64,000 nt of DNA from an uncultured Acidobacteriota bacterium. GTDB lineage: Bacteria > Acidobacteriota > Thermoanaerobaculia > Multivoradales > UBA5704. The notes beneath the pieces are model-generated. The model was not told the DNA's origin. It saw only the letters and a list, made by a program, of their open reading frames with translations, and made no database searches. The DNA lies in assembly GCA_963700145.1 (NCBI GenBank), contig OY969474.1, positions 3,360,001 through 3,424,000 of the forward strand. Direction: 5' to 3'. The translations under genes and the position numbers were made by a program. This document shows, in pieces, positions 37,779 to 46,388 of the stretch. Each line of letters opens with the position of its first letter. Positions within the stretch are counted from its first letter, which is position 1.

Positions 37779-39035
37779 ATGGCTTACGGGAACCGAACGG
37801 CAGGGCATCCCGAGCGGTCGGAGCTCGAAGGCTTCCTTCTCGGGAAGCTCGACCGCGCCGGGCGGATGGCCGTTCTCGCCCACCTGGTCCACGGCTGCGC
37901 CGCCTGCCAGCAGACGCTCGCTCCCCTGGCGAGTTTCATGTGGCGGCCCGAGCGCTCGCAGCCTCCGCGTGGTCATTCCGAAGCGGAGTACGACGCCGCG
38001 ATCGAGAAAGCGTTCGCGGCGGCCGGACTCCTGAGCTCCACGGGACACGGAGAGATCTCGTGGGCGCTCTGCGAATTGCTGCTGGAGGAAAGCTGGGCGC
38101 GGCGGCACGACGATGCCGAGGACATGGTCCTTCTCGCAGCCTTTGCGGCCATGGTGGCCCACTCGATCGACCCCTCTACACGCGGCGCAGCCGCCCTCGC
38201 CGACTTGCAGGCGCGCGCCCTCGCTGATCTGGGAAATGCACGACGAGTCGCGAACGACCTGAGTTCTGCAGAAGCCGACCTGCTACGAGCACGCCGGCGT
38301 GCCGAGCAAGGTACGGGTGACCAGCTGCTCCTAGGTCGCTTACTCGAATTGACTGCAGCCGTCCGCATCGACCAGCGCAGATTCGAGGAGGCTGAGACCC
38401 TTCTCGAGGGGGCTCTTGAAGTCTACGAGGCGGAAGATGCGCGTCATTTCGCGGGCAAAGTCCTGACTCAGGCAGCGCATCTTTCGCTAGTGGCTGGAGA
38501 GCCCGAGGAAGCTCTTGGGCCGCTAGCTAGAGCGATTACGCTTCTCGACCCCGTACTCGAGCCAACAGTGCTGCTCGCTGCCGTGCACAACCTGCTCGAC
38601 TGCTTTGTCCACTGTGGGCGGTTCCGCGACGCGGGGAACCTGTTGTGGAGGACCCGCAAGCTATACGCGGCCTTCGGCGGCCGCCTCTATGATTTACGCC
38701 TCTTGTGGATTGAAGGTCGTGTCGCCGCGGGCCTAAGTCACCACGGACGCGCAGAGCGCTGTTTCCGGAAAGCGCGCGGGGGGTTCCTCGACGCGAAGCT
38801 TCCCTACTTTGCCGCACTGGTCGCGACGGACCTCGGCATCCTGCTGCTCGAAAAAGGCCGTGCCGCCGAGGCCCGGGAGCTCATCGAGGAAACCCTCGAG
38901 ACCTTCAACGTCCTCCACATCCGCCGCGAGGCCGTCGGCGCGATGATCCTCCTCAGCGACGCCGTGCAGCAGGAAACGCTTTCCATCGCCGCCTTGCGGC
39001 AGTTGGCGGCGGAGCTCCAGAAGATCGAGAGATAG
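37779..39035 (+). CDS. TPR-repeat protein with N-terminal zf-HC2-like motif (copy B)
   Basis: HLVHGCAAC; LQARALADLGNARRV.NDL..AE; LRLLWIEGRV matches LRVGWVKGKV in copy A. Confidence 0.82.
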   Translation: MAYGNRTAGHPERSELEGFLLGKLDRAGRMAVLAHLVHGCAACQQTLAPLASFMWRPERSQPPRGHSEAEYDAAIEKAFAAAGLLSSTGHGEISWALCELLLEESWARRHDDAEDMVLLAAFAAMVAHSIDPSTRGAAALADLQARALADLGNARRVANDLSSAEADLLRARRRAEQGTGDQLLLGRLLELTAAVRIDQRRFEEAETLLEGALEVYEAEDARHFAGKVLTQAAHLSLVAGEPEEALGPLARAITLLDPVLEPTVLLAAVHNLLDCFVHCGRFRDAGNLLWRTRKLYAAFGGRLYDLRLLWIEGRVAAGLSHHGRAERCFRKARGGFLDAKLPYFAALVATDLGILLLEKGRAAEARELIEETLETFNVLHIRREAVGAMILLSDAVQQETLSIAALRQLAAELQKIER

Positions 39036-39044
39036 ACCGAGGGG

Positions 39045-39509
39045 TCAGGAACGCGCCTTCTTGCCGCGCGCCGCCTTCCCGGTCTTCCGCGCTCCGGGCG
39101 CCCCGAGCGCCTTCTTCACCGCCTCCTCCACCACCCGCATCAGCTCCTCGGTGTCCACGGCCGGCGCCGGCGGCTGCTCGGGCCGCGGCCGGGGCACGAT
39201 CCGCAGCGCCTCCAGCCGCCGGGCGAAGTCTTCGGTCGCCGAGACGTCGCCGACCGGCAGGTCGCGGGGGTAGAGGATGTCGAAGAAGAGCGAGGGGTGG
39301 ACGCCGAGGGAGACGAGGAACGCGGTGACGTGGCGCTGCTTGAGCTCCCGCCGCCCGCTGAGCACGGACGCCGTGTATCCTCGCGGCGCCCCCAACCGCT
39401 TGTCCACGTCCTGCCGCGTCAGCCCGCAGGCCGAGATCACCAGCGACAGGAGCTTCCGCGCCCGCTCCGAATCCTCGGCGAGCAGCGTCTCCAGCCTGTC
39501 GTCCGGCAT
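39045..39509 (-). CDS. XRE/Cro-like HTH protein (copy B), probably leaderless
   Basis: LTRQDVDKRLG...Y.ASVLSGRRELKQRHV..FL..LGV.P..FF; TACAAT 6 nt upstream of the ATG. Confidence 0.78.
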   Translation of the reverse strand: MPDDRLETLLAEDSERARKLLSLVISACGLTRQDVDKRLGAPRGYTASVLSGRRELKQRHVTAFLVSLGVHPSLFFDILYPRDLPVGDVSATEDFARRLEALRIVPRPRPEQPPAPAVDTEELMRVVEEAVKKALGAPGARKTGKAARGKKARS

Positions 39510-39552
39510 GCCGGCATTGTAGCTTGAGTTGCGGAATACGCACCCGTGCCGC

Positions 39553-40581
39553 TCACCCGCCCCGCGCCGCGAGGCGCTCGAATTCCTCGATCCGCCGCTG
39601 CGCCTGGGGGTAGGGGACGGGGTGGAGCCGACCGTCGGCGTCGACCTGGTGGTGGTAGTGGAGGATCGCCGGGTCGCAGGCCAGGAACTCGGGCGGAGCG
39701 GGGCGGTGGGTCATGTTGAGCTGGTAGTTGAGCCCCACCGGCAGCTCGCGGAAGGGGACCGGACAGAACGCGAAGGCCAGCGCCAGGGTCGCCTGGTGGA
39801 CGTGGTGCTCCGCCCCCTCGAGCAGCTCGAGCTGGTCGAGAGCGCGCGCGTTGAGCTCGCGCCAGACCGGCACGAAGCGCCGCGCCATGGCGGCCGGCAC
39901 GGCGATGACGCCGGCGTTGCAGTAGCGGATCGTCGGCGTGCCGTCGAAGTGGTAGCGGTAGCGGGGGCGGGGGAGGCGCAGGCCGTGGCGCGGGAAGAGG
40001 CGGGCGAAGTGCCCCATCTCGACGGAGGCGACCGGTTCGATCCGCGCCTGGAAGACCCCCCGTCGCAGCTGCGGCAGCGGGTCGCGGACGACGAGGGTGT
40101 CGCAGTCGAGGCAGAGCAGGAGCTCCGCGCCGAGCGCGAGCGCCTCGTCGAAGAAGCCGAACCGGTTGGCGGGGGGGTTGCGCGGATCGAAGCGGGGCAC
40201 GACCCGCACCGCCGCCCCCGCCGCTTCCAGCTCCGCCCGCGCCGCGGCGTCCACCCCCTCCACCACGCAGACCAGCCGGCGCGCCGCGGCGAGCTCGCCG
40301 CCCAGGAGCTCGATCGAGCGCAGGAGCCGCAGCGTCTCGCCGAGGTAGCGCCCGTCGTTCTCCGTCACGCAGCCGACGACGACTTCTTTGGCGCGCGGCG
40401 GCGCGCCCAGGCCGGCGACGGCGGAGCGCGCTGCCGCGGCCATTGCGCGCGCGCCGCGCGCCAGCCGCCAGTACGCCTCGAGCGCCCGCCAGGCGCGCGT
40501 CGCCTCCAGTCGCCGCCGCAGCTCCAGCTCGTGCCGCAGCCGGGCCTGCGTGCGCGCGAACTCGTCGCTCACGCGCCGCAC
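39553..40581 (-). CDS. GT-A fold glycosyltransferase (GT8-like)
   Basis: LCLDCDTL DxD motif, CNAGV, Q..LALA, LP...NY, ILHY. Confidence 0.7.
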   Translation of the reverse strand: MRRVSDEFARTQARLRHELELRRRLEATRAWRALEAYWRLARGARAMAAAARSAVAGLGAPPRAKEVVVGCVTENDGRYLGETLRLLRSIELLGGELAAARRLVCVVEGVDAAARAELEAAGAAVRVVPRFDPRNPPANRFGFFDEALALGAELLLCLDCDTLVVRDPLPQLRRGVFQARIEPVASVEMGHFARLFPRHGLRLPRPRYRYHFDGTPTIRYCNAGVIAVPAAMARRFVPVWRELNARALDQLELLEGAEHHVHQATLALAFAFCPVPFRELPVGLNYQLNMTHRPAPPEFLACDPAILHYHHQVDADGRLHPVPYPQAQRRIEEFERLAARGG

Positions 40582-40707
40582 CCACGCTGCGTCCCCGCGA
40601 CGACGAGGCAGGCCACCGGCCGATCTTACGGCTACACTGCGTCACGTTCGCTCTGCCGCCGCCTATAGAGGGTGCGGCCCTCTGCCGGGCCGCGAAAGGA
40701 GACGCGG

Positions 40708-40821
40708 ATGTCCAGGAAGCTCGTGATCGGCCTCGCTCTGGCGGTCGGGCTCCTCACCTCGGCGGCGGCTTGGGCGGCGGAGGCCGCCTGCTGCTGCCCG
40801 GGGTGTTGCCCCTGCTGCTAG
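40708..40821 (+). CDS. 37-aa Cys-rich secreted micropeptide (not in the ORF track)
   Basis: AAAGGAG RBS; MSRKLVIGLALAVGLLTSAAAWAAEAACCCPGCCPCC*. Confidence 0.75.
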   Translation: MSRKLVIGLALAVGLLTSAAAWAAEAACCCPGCCPCC

Positions 40822-41411
40822 CGCCCGGCGACGCGCCGGCCGCGGAACCGTCCTCGGCCGGCGCCCGCCCATCTCTCGCGCCGCACGAGCGGCAGCGGCT
40901 GCACGACCTGCTGGTGCGGCTCGCCGACGGCGACCGCGGCGCCTTCGATCCGCTGTTCGCGGCGCTCTGGCCGCTGGCCCGCCGCTTCGCCGCCCGCCTG
41001 CTCGCCGCGCCGGCCGACGCCGAGGACGCCGCGCAGCAGGCGCTGATCAAGCTCTTCGCGCACGCCAGCGCGTTCGACCGCGGGCGCGACGCGCTCGCCT
41101 GGGTGCTCGGCATCGTGGCCTGGGAGTGCCGGACGGTGCGCCGGCGGGCCGGACGCCGGCGCGAGGAGCCGCTCGGGGACGCGCCGGACGCGCCCGCCGT
41201 CCCTTCCGCCGAGGCGGAGATCGTCGAGCGCGACCTGCTGGCGGCGGTGGGCGAGGTGCTCGGCACACTGCGGCCGGCGGAGGCCGAGGCGATCCTCGCC
41301 GCCGCCGCGGGCCGGCGCCCGGCGGCCGGCGCCGCCGCCTTCCGCAAGCGGCTGGAGCGGGCGCGGCGCCGCCTGCGCGAGGCCTGGAGGGTCAAGCATG
41401 GAACGAAGTGA
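40803..41411 (+). CDS. ECF RNA polymerase sigma factor (start uncertain)
   Basis: LADGDRGAF..L, DAEDAAQQALIKL, AWV..I...EC, KRLERARRRLR. Confidence 0.85.
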   Translation: MLPLLLAPGDAPAAEPSSAGARPSLAPHERQRLHDLLVRLADGDRGAFDPLFAALWPLARRFAARLLAAPADAEDAAQQALIKLFAHASAFDRGRDALAWVLGIVAWECRTVRRRAGRRREEPLGDAPDAPAVPSAEAEIVERDLLAAVGEVLGTLRPAEAEAILAAAAGRRPAAGAAAFRKRLERARRRLREAWRVKHGTK

Positions 41412-41925
41412 CCTCGCCGCCCGCGCCCGCCGCGCCTACGAGCTGGGACGGCTGCGCACGACCCTGCCGGTGGCCCTCTTCGCGGTGCCGCCGGCGGTCG
41501 TGGCGCTGCGGATCTGCGGCGGCGGCGGGCTGACGATCGGCCTCGCCGTCCTCCTCGCGGCGGCGCTCGTCGCCGCGCACTGGCGGGGCGAGGAAGCGGC
41601 GAAAGGGGCCGGCGCGGGCCTCCTCGCCGGGGCGTTCGCCTTCCTGGTGCCGGTCGTGGCGAACGGCACGGGGCTCTGCCCGCTCTCGGCGTCGCCGCTC
41701 ATGCTCGCGCTCTGCTGCGGCGGCGGGCTGGCGAGCGGCGGCGTGCTCGCCGCCTGCGCACTGCGCCGCCCGACGCGCGCGCCGCTCTACCTCCTGGCCG
41801 GCGGCGTCGTGGCGGTCCTGACCGGCGGGCTCGGCTGTCTGATCGCCGGCTTCGCCGGCCTCGCCGGCGTCACGGCGGGGATCGCCTTCGGTCTGGCGCC
41901 CGCGATGCGCCTGGCGCGCACCTAG
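41398..41925 (+). CDS. Membrane protein, putative anti-sigma factor
   Basis: Overlaps the sigma stop codon; several hydrophobic helices containing Cys residues. Confidence 0.65.
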   Translation: MERSDLAARARRAYELGRLRTTLPVALFAVPPAVVALRICGGGGLTIGLAVLLAAALVAAHWRGEEAAKGAGAGLLAGAFAFLVPVVANGTGLCPLSASPLMLALCCGGGLASGGVLAACALRRPTRAPLYLLAGGVVAVLTGGLGCLIAGFAGLAGVTAGIAFGLAPAMRLART

Positions 41926-41935
41926 GGCGCGACCA

Positions 41936-42511
41936 TCACCGGAAGCGCGTTGCGATTCCCTGCCGGATCGCCCGCGCGGCGATGTCGCGCACGGCTTCCT
42001 CGACGACTCGTTCGACGCTCTCCTCCCTGCGGTCCAGCTCTCGCTCGTCCGTCTCGAAGGTTCGCAACTCGCGCTCGGCCTCGCGCAGTCGCTGCTCGAG
42101 ATCGCGCAGCCTGCGTTCATCCTCCGCCGAGAGCTCCTCTTCGGAATCACCGATCTCGTCGACCTGCTCTTCGAGCCGTTCCGCGCGCGCCTCGAACGGC
42201 TCCATCTTCCGCTCCAGAGCGCGCTGCTCCCGATCGAGCGCATCGAGCGGCGCGAAAGCCTTCGCGAGCTCGGCGAGGACGGCCGAATCGCGGATGACGA
42301 ACTCGCGTCCGTCGAGGCGAACCCAGAGATACGGGCCCGTCTTGAGCTTTTTCTGCACATGCTCGAGGTCGGCGATGCTGCCGCGAAGATGGAGCGACCG
42401 CGCGTGCACGTCCGGCCGATAGATGTACGGGAACCGATCTTCGGCGCCAGCAACCATCGCTGCAAAGAGAGCGGCTGCGAAGAGAGCGAGAAGTGCCGTA
42501 ATTCGTCGCAT
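41936..42511 (-). CDS. Secreted coiled-coil hypothetical protein
   Basis: Signal peptide; YLWVRLDGREFVIRD followed by long E/R-rich helices. Confidence 0.7.
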   Translation of the reverse strand: MRRITALLALFAAALFAAMVAGAEDRFPYIYRPDVHARSLHLRGSIADLEHVQKKLKTGPYLWVRLDGREFVIRDSAVLAELAKAFAPLDALDREQRALERKMEPFEARAERLEEQVDEIGDSEEELSAEDERRLRDLEQRLREAERELRTFETDERELDRREESVERVVEEAVRDIAARAIRQGIATRFR

Positions 42512-42557
42512 ACCCGTTGGACGACGGCGGCGGCGCGAAGTTAGCTGAGCCGGCGCT

Positions 42558-43074
42558 CTACCCGGCCTCCTCCACCCACCCCGGCCGCCGCCAAGTGCGC
42601 TCGCGGCCGGGCACCGGCTGGAGCCCCGCCGCCTCCAGCCGCTCGCCGAGGAGCGCCAGGAACCGGTGCTGGCCGCGGACGATGGCGAGGTTCAAGAAGA
42701 GCTCGCGCGCGGTGCCGCGGCGCTCAACGACGAAGCGCAGCGCTTCGGTCGCCGGGCGGGGCGCGCAGGCGAGGATCCGGACGTACGGCACGCGCCGCGG
42801 GCGGAAGGTGTGGAGCGGCTGGTAGAGGAGGGCATCGTCGTCGAGCGCCACCGCGGGCTTCCCCGCCGTCCACCAGATCTTCGCCAGCGTGAGGAGGAAG
42901 AGCAGGCCGTAGGCGGCCAGGACGCCGAAGGCCCGCCCCCAGGCCTCGCGCTCGCCTTCGGAGAAGAGCCAGACGACCGCGCCGAGCGCCAGGACCGCGC
43001 CGACGCCCCAGATCATCGCCCGCAGGCTGGTGCGCCGCACCCAGGGGCGGAAGGGGAAGGTTTCGGCGGCCACG
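42558..43074 (-). CDS. Hypothetical membrane protein (start uncertain)
   Basis: Two transmembrane segments followed by a soluble domain; high-GC3 codon usage. Confidence 0.6.
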
Positions 43075-43138
43075 TGGGTGGATCCTAGGAGAACCACATG
43101 GCAGAAGAACCCCCTGCGTCAACACGAGATCCCTGGGT

Positions 43139-43232
43139 TGTCATCCTGAGCGCAGCGAAGGATCTGGGCGGGGGAAGGCAAGGTCTTCGCGCCACCCTGC
43201 CCCCAGATCCCTCGCTCACGCTCGGGATGACA
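43139..43232. repeat. REP-like long inverted repeat
   Basis: TGTCATCCTGAGCGCAGCGAAGGATCTGGG ... CCCAGATCCCTCGCTCACGCTCGGGATGACA. Confidence 0.8.
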
Positions 43233-43260
43233 GGCGCGGATGGGTTAGCCTTGCGCACCC

Positions 43261-44565
43261 GTGTCTTCTGTCCCTACCGACCTGACGCGCCGTGCGGTGC
43301 TCAAGGGGTCGCTCGCCCTGCCGTTGGCGGCGCGTGCCGGCGCCGCGGGGAGCCGCTCGGCCAACGGCCCCTCCCCACGCGAACGCGGCAAGCCGCACGT
43401 GGCGGTCGTCGGCGCCGGCGCCTTCGGCGGCTGGACGGCGCTCCACCTGCGCCGCCGCGGCGCGCGCGTCACGCTGCTCGACGGCTGGGGCCCCGGCAAC
43501 GCCCGCGCCAGCTCCGGCGGCGAGACGCGGGTGATCCGCGGCCTCTACGGGCCCGACCGCGTCTACGTCGATTGGGTGGTGCGCTCGTTCGCGCTCTGGC
43601 GCGAGCTCGAGCGCGCCGTCGGCCAGACGCTCTACCGCCCGACCGGCGCCCTCTGGCTCTTCCGCGGCGACGACGGCTACGCCCGCGTCTCGGCGCCGCT
43701 GGTGCGCGCGGCGGGGCTCGCCGTCGAGGAGCTGTCGCTGGCCGACGCGGCGCGGCGCTTCCCGCAGGTGCGCTTCGACGGTGTGCGCGGGGTCTGGCTC
43801 GAGCCGGAGGCGGGGTACCTCCTCGCCCGCCGCGCCTGCGCAACGGTCGTCGAGCGCTTCGTCGCCGCCGGGGGCGAGTACCGCGAGCTGGCGGTGCGCC
43901 CGGGCGCCGTCGAGAGCGGGCGCCTCGGGCCGCTCGCGCTCTCCGACGGGTCGACGCTGGCCGCCGACGCTTACGTCTTCGCCTGCGGCCCCTGGCTCGG
44001 CCGGCTCCTGCCCGAGGCGGTGGGAGCACGCGTCCGCCCGTCGCGCCAGGAGGTCTTCTTCTTCGGCACCCCGGCGGGCGACCCGCGCTGGAGCGAGGAG
44101 CGGCTGCCGGTGTGGATCGACTTCGGCGAGCGCGTCTTCTACGGCGTCCCGGGCAACGAGCGGCGCGGGCTCAAGGTCGCCGACGACACCCGCGGCGAGG
44201 CCTTCGACCCCGACGGCGGCGAGCGCACGCCCAGCGCCGAGGGCCTGGCGCGCGCCCGCGCCCTCCTCGCAGAGCGCTTCCCCGACTTGGCCGGCGCGCC
44301 GCTGCTGGAGTCGCGCGTCTGCCAGTACGAGAACAGCCCCGACGGCCACTTCCTGCTCGGCCCGCACCCGCAGGCGGCCAACGCCTGGCTCGCCGGCGGC
44401 GGCTCCGGCCACGGCTACAAGCTGGGGCCGGCGGTGGGCGAGCACGTCGCCGCGCTCGTGCTCGGCGACGCCGAGCCGATCCCGATGTTCCGCCCCGACC
44501 GCGCGATCCCCGAGGACGCGCGCGAAGACCAGCTCTCGGCCGGCGAGGAGAAGAAGCCGCGATGA
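43261..44565 (+). CDS. Tat-exported FAD-dependent oxidoreductase (sarcosine oxidase/SolA-like)
   Basis: TRRAVLK Tat motif; VVGAGAFG, SSGGETRVIR, GSGHGYKLGP. Confidence 0.88.
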   Translation: MSSVPTDLTRRAVLKGSLALPLAARAGAAGSRSANGPSPRERGKPHVAVVGAGAFGGWTALHLRRRGARVTLLDGWGPGNARASSGGETRVIRGLYGPDRVYVDWVVRSFALWRELERAVGQTLYRPTGALWLFRGDDGYARVSAPLVRAAGLAVEELSLADAARRFPQVRFDGVRGVWLEPEAGYLLARRACATVVERFVAAGGEYRELAVRPGAVESGRLGPLALSDGSTLAADAYVFACGPWLGRLLPEAVGARVRPSRQEVFFFGTPAGDPRWSEERLPVWIDFGERVFYGVPGNERRGLKVADDTRGEAFDPDGGERTPSAEGLARARALLAERFPDLAGAPLLESRVCQYENSPDGHFLLGPHPQAANAWLAGGGSGHGYKLGPAVGEHVAALVLGDAEPIPMFRPDRAIPEDAREDQLSAGEEKKPR

Positions 44566-44600
44566 GGCACAACGGTGAGGCGCGGCAACCGGGTGATGAC

Positions 44601-46367
44601 ATGGGACGCCTGCTGCTGTCCCTTTTGACGTTCCTCCTGCTCGCCGCAGCCGCGCCGGCGGCCGAGCCCTCGGCGGCCTCGCGCGCGCTCGCCGCGGTCC
44701 TCGACGAGCACTGGCGGCACCGGCTGGAGACCGAGGCGCCGCTGCGCCTGCGGCGCGGGCTGCCGGTCCAGGAGCTCCTCGACCTCTCGTTCGCGGCGGC
44801 GGAGCGCGAGGCAGCCTTCGCGCGCGCCCTCCTCGGCCGCCTCGCGGCGATCGATCCGCGCGGGCTCGACCACGAGGAGGGCCTGTCGCTCGCCATCCTG
44901 CGCTGGGACCTGGAGCGCGTCGCCGAGTCGCCGGCGCGCTTCTGGCACTTCTTCCAGGTCACCCCGTACGTCTGGACCTTCACCGGCGTCAACGACGTCC
45001 TCGTCCGCCACCAGTTCGCGGCGAAGGACGACCTGGCGCGCTACCTCCGCCTCCTCGGGCAGTACCCGGGGCGGATCGACCAGCTGCGCGCCAACCTGGC
45101 GACCCAGCGCGGCAAGGGGATCCTGCTGCCCAAGGAGGAGCTGGACCTGGTCGTGCCGATCTTCCGCTCGCTGATGCAGCCGCCGGCCCAGGGGCCGTTC
45201 GCGGTCGCCGCCGAGCGGCTGGCGGGGCTCGACGCGAAGGCCCTCCGAGGCTTCCGCGCCGAGGTCGAGCGGCTGGTCGCCGGGCAGGTCAACCCGGCGC
45301 TCGAGCGCCTCCTCGCCGACCTCGGCCCCGACTACCGCGCCGCCGCGCCCGACCGCGTGGGGCTCGGCCAGTACCCCGGCGGCGAGGACGTCTACCGCTG
45401 GCTCGTGCGCTACCACACGACGCTCGACCTGACGCCCGAGGAGGTCCACCAGCGCGGCCTCGCCGAGGTGGAGCGGCTCAACGGCCGCATGGCCGAGGTG
45501 CGCCGCACGCTCGGCTTCACCGGCACCAAGGCCGAGTTCCACGAGAAGCTCCGCCGCGACCCGCGCTTCTTCGCCAAGACCCCGGAGGAGGTGGGCGAGC
45601 GGCTGATGCGGCCGGTGCGGGTGGTCGAGCCGCTGGTGCCGCGCTTCTTCCTGCGCACGCCGAAGGCGCCCTACGGCGTCAGCCGGCTCGACCCGCGCCT
45701 CGAAGGGTCGCTTACCTTCGGCTACTACCAGATGCCGACGCCGGAGGAGCCGAAGGGCCTCTACCTCTACAACGGCTCGAAGCTCGACGAGCGGCCGCTG
45801 GTCAACGCCGCGGCGCTGATGCTCCACGAGCTGGTGCCCGGCCACCACTTCCAGATCGCGCTGCAGGCCGAGAACGCGGCGCTCCCCCCGTCCCGCCGCG
45901 AGGGTGGGTACACGGCCTACGTCGAGGGGTGGGGGGAGTACGCCTCGGAGCTGGGGCTCGAGATGGGCGTCTACGAGGACCCCTACGACCTCTACGGCCG
46001 TCTGGGGATGGACATGTTCCTCTCGACGCGCCTGGTCGTGGACACCGGTATGCACGCCCTCGGCTGGTCGCGCCAGCGCGCCGCCGAGTTCATGCTCGAG
46101 AACGCGCTCGAGACGCCGGCGCAGGTGCACACCGAGACCCTGCGCTACGCCGTCGACCTCCCCGGCCAGGCCCTCGCCTACAAGACCGGCTCGACGGCGC
46201 TCAAGGCGCTGCGCGCCAAGGCCGAGCAGGCCCTCGGCGAGCGCTTCGACGTGCGGCGCTTCCACGACGCGGTGCTCGGCAGCGGCTCGATGCCGCTGAC
46301 GGTGCTGGAGCAGCACATCGACTGGTGGATCGAAGAGGAACGCCGGAATCGTCATTCCGAGCGCTAG
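44601..46367 (+). CDS. DUF885 family secreted protein
   Basis: HELVPGHHFQ, EGWGEYA, RLVVDTGMH, PGQALAYK, FDVRRFHD. Confidence 0.92.
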   Translation: MGRLLLSLLTFLLLAAAAPAAEPSAASRALAAVLDEHWRHRLETEAPLRLRRGLPVQELLDLSFAAAEREAAFARALLGRLAAIDPRGLDHEEGLSLAILRWDLERVAESPARFWHFFQVTPYVWTFTGVNDVLVRHQFAAKDDLARYLRLLGQYPGRIDQLRANLATQRGKGILLPKEELDLVVPIFRSLMQPPAQGPFAVAAERLAGLDAKALRGFRAEVERLVAGQVNPALERLLADLGPDYRAAAPDRVGLGQYPGGEDVYRWLVRYHTTLDLTPEEVHQRGLAEVERLNGRMAEVRRTLGFTGTKAEFHEKLRRDPRFFAKTPEEVGERLMRPVRVVEPLVPRFFLRTPKAPYGVSRLDPRLEGSLTFGYYQMPTPEEPKGLYLYNGSKLDERPLVNAAALMLHELVPGHHFQIALQAENAALPPSRREGGYTAYVEGWGEYASELGLEMGVYEDPYDLYGRLGMDMFLSTRLVVDTGMHALGWSRQRAAEFMLENALETPAQVHTETLRYAVDLPGQALAYKTGSTALKALRAKAEQALGERFDVRRFHDAVLGSGSMPLTVLEQHIDWWIEEERRNRHSER

Positions 46368-46378
46368 CTCAGGATGAC
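46351..46378. repeat. Internally deleted copy of the REP-like element
   Basis: GTCATTCCGAGC-GCTA-GCTCAGGATGAC between convergent genes. Confidence 0.6.
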
Positions 46379-46388
46379 AACTTCACCT

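Noticed and set aside
21245-39509. Island as a prophage or ICE
   Set aside because: No integrase, terminase, structural, relaxase or T4SS genes seen.
43098-44600. N-terminal extension making a 1089-aa DUF885 protein
   Set aside because: It runs through the REP and out of frame over the FAD oxidase; the real gene starts near ATG 44601 with a signal peptide.
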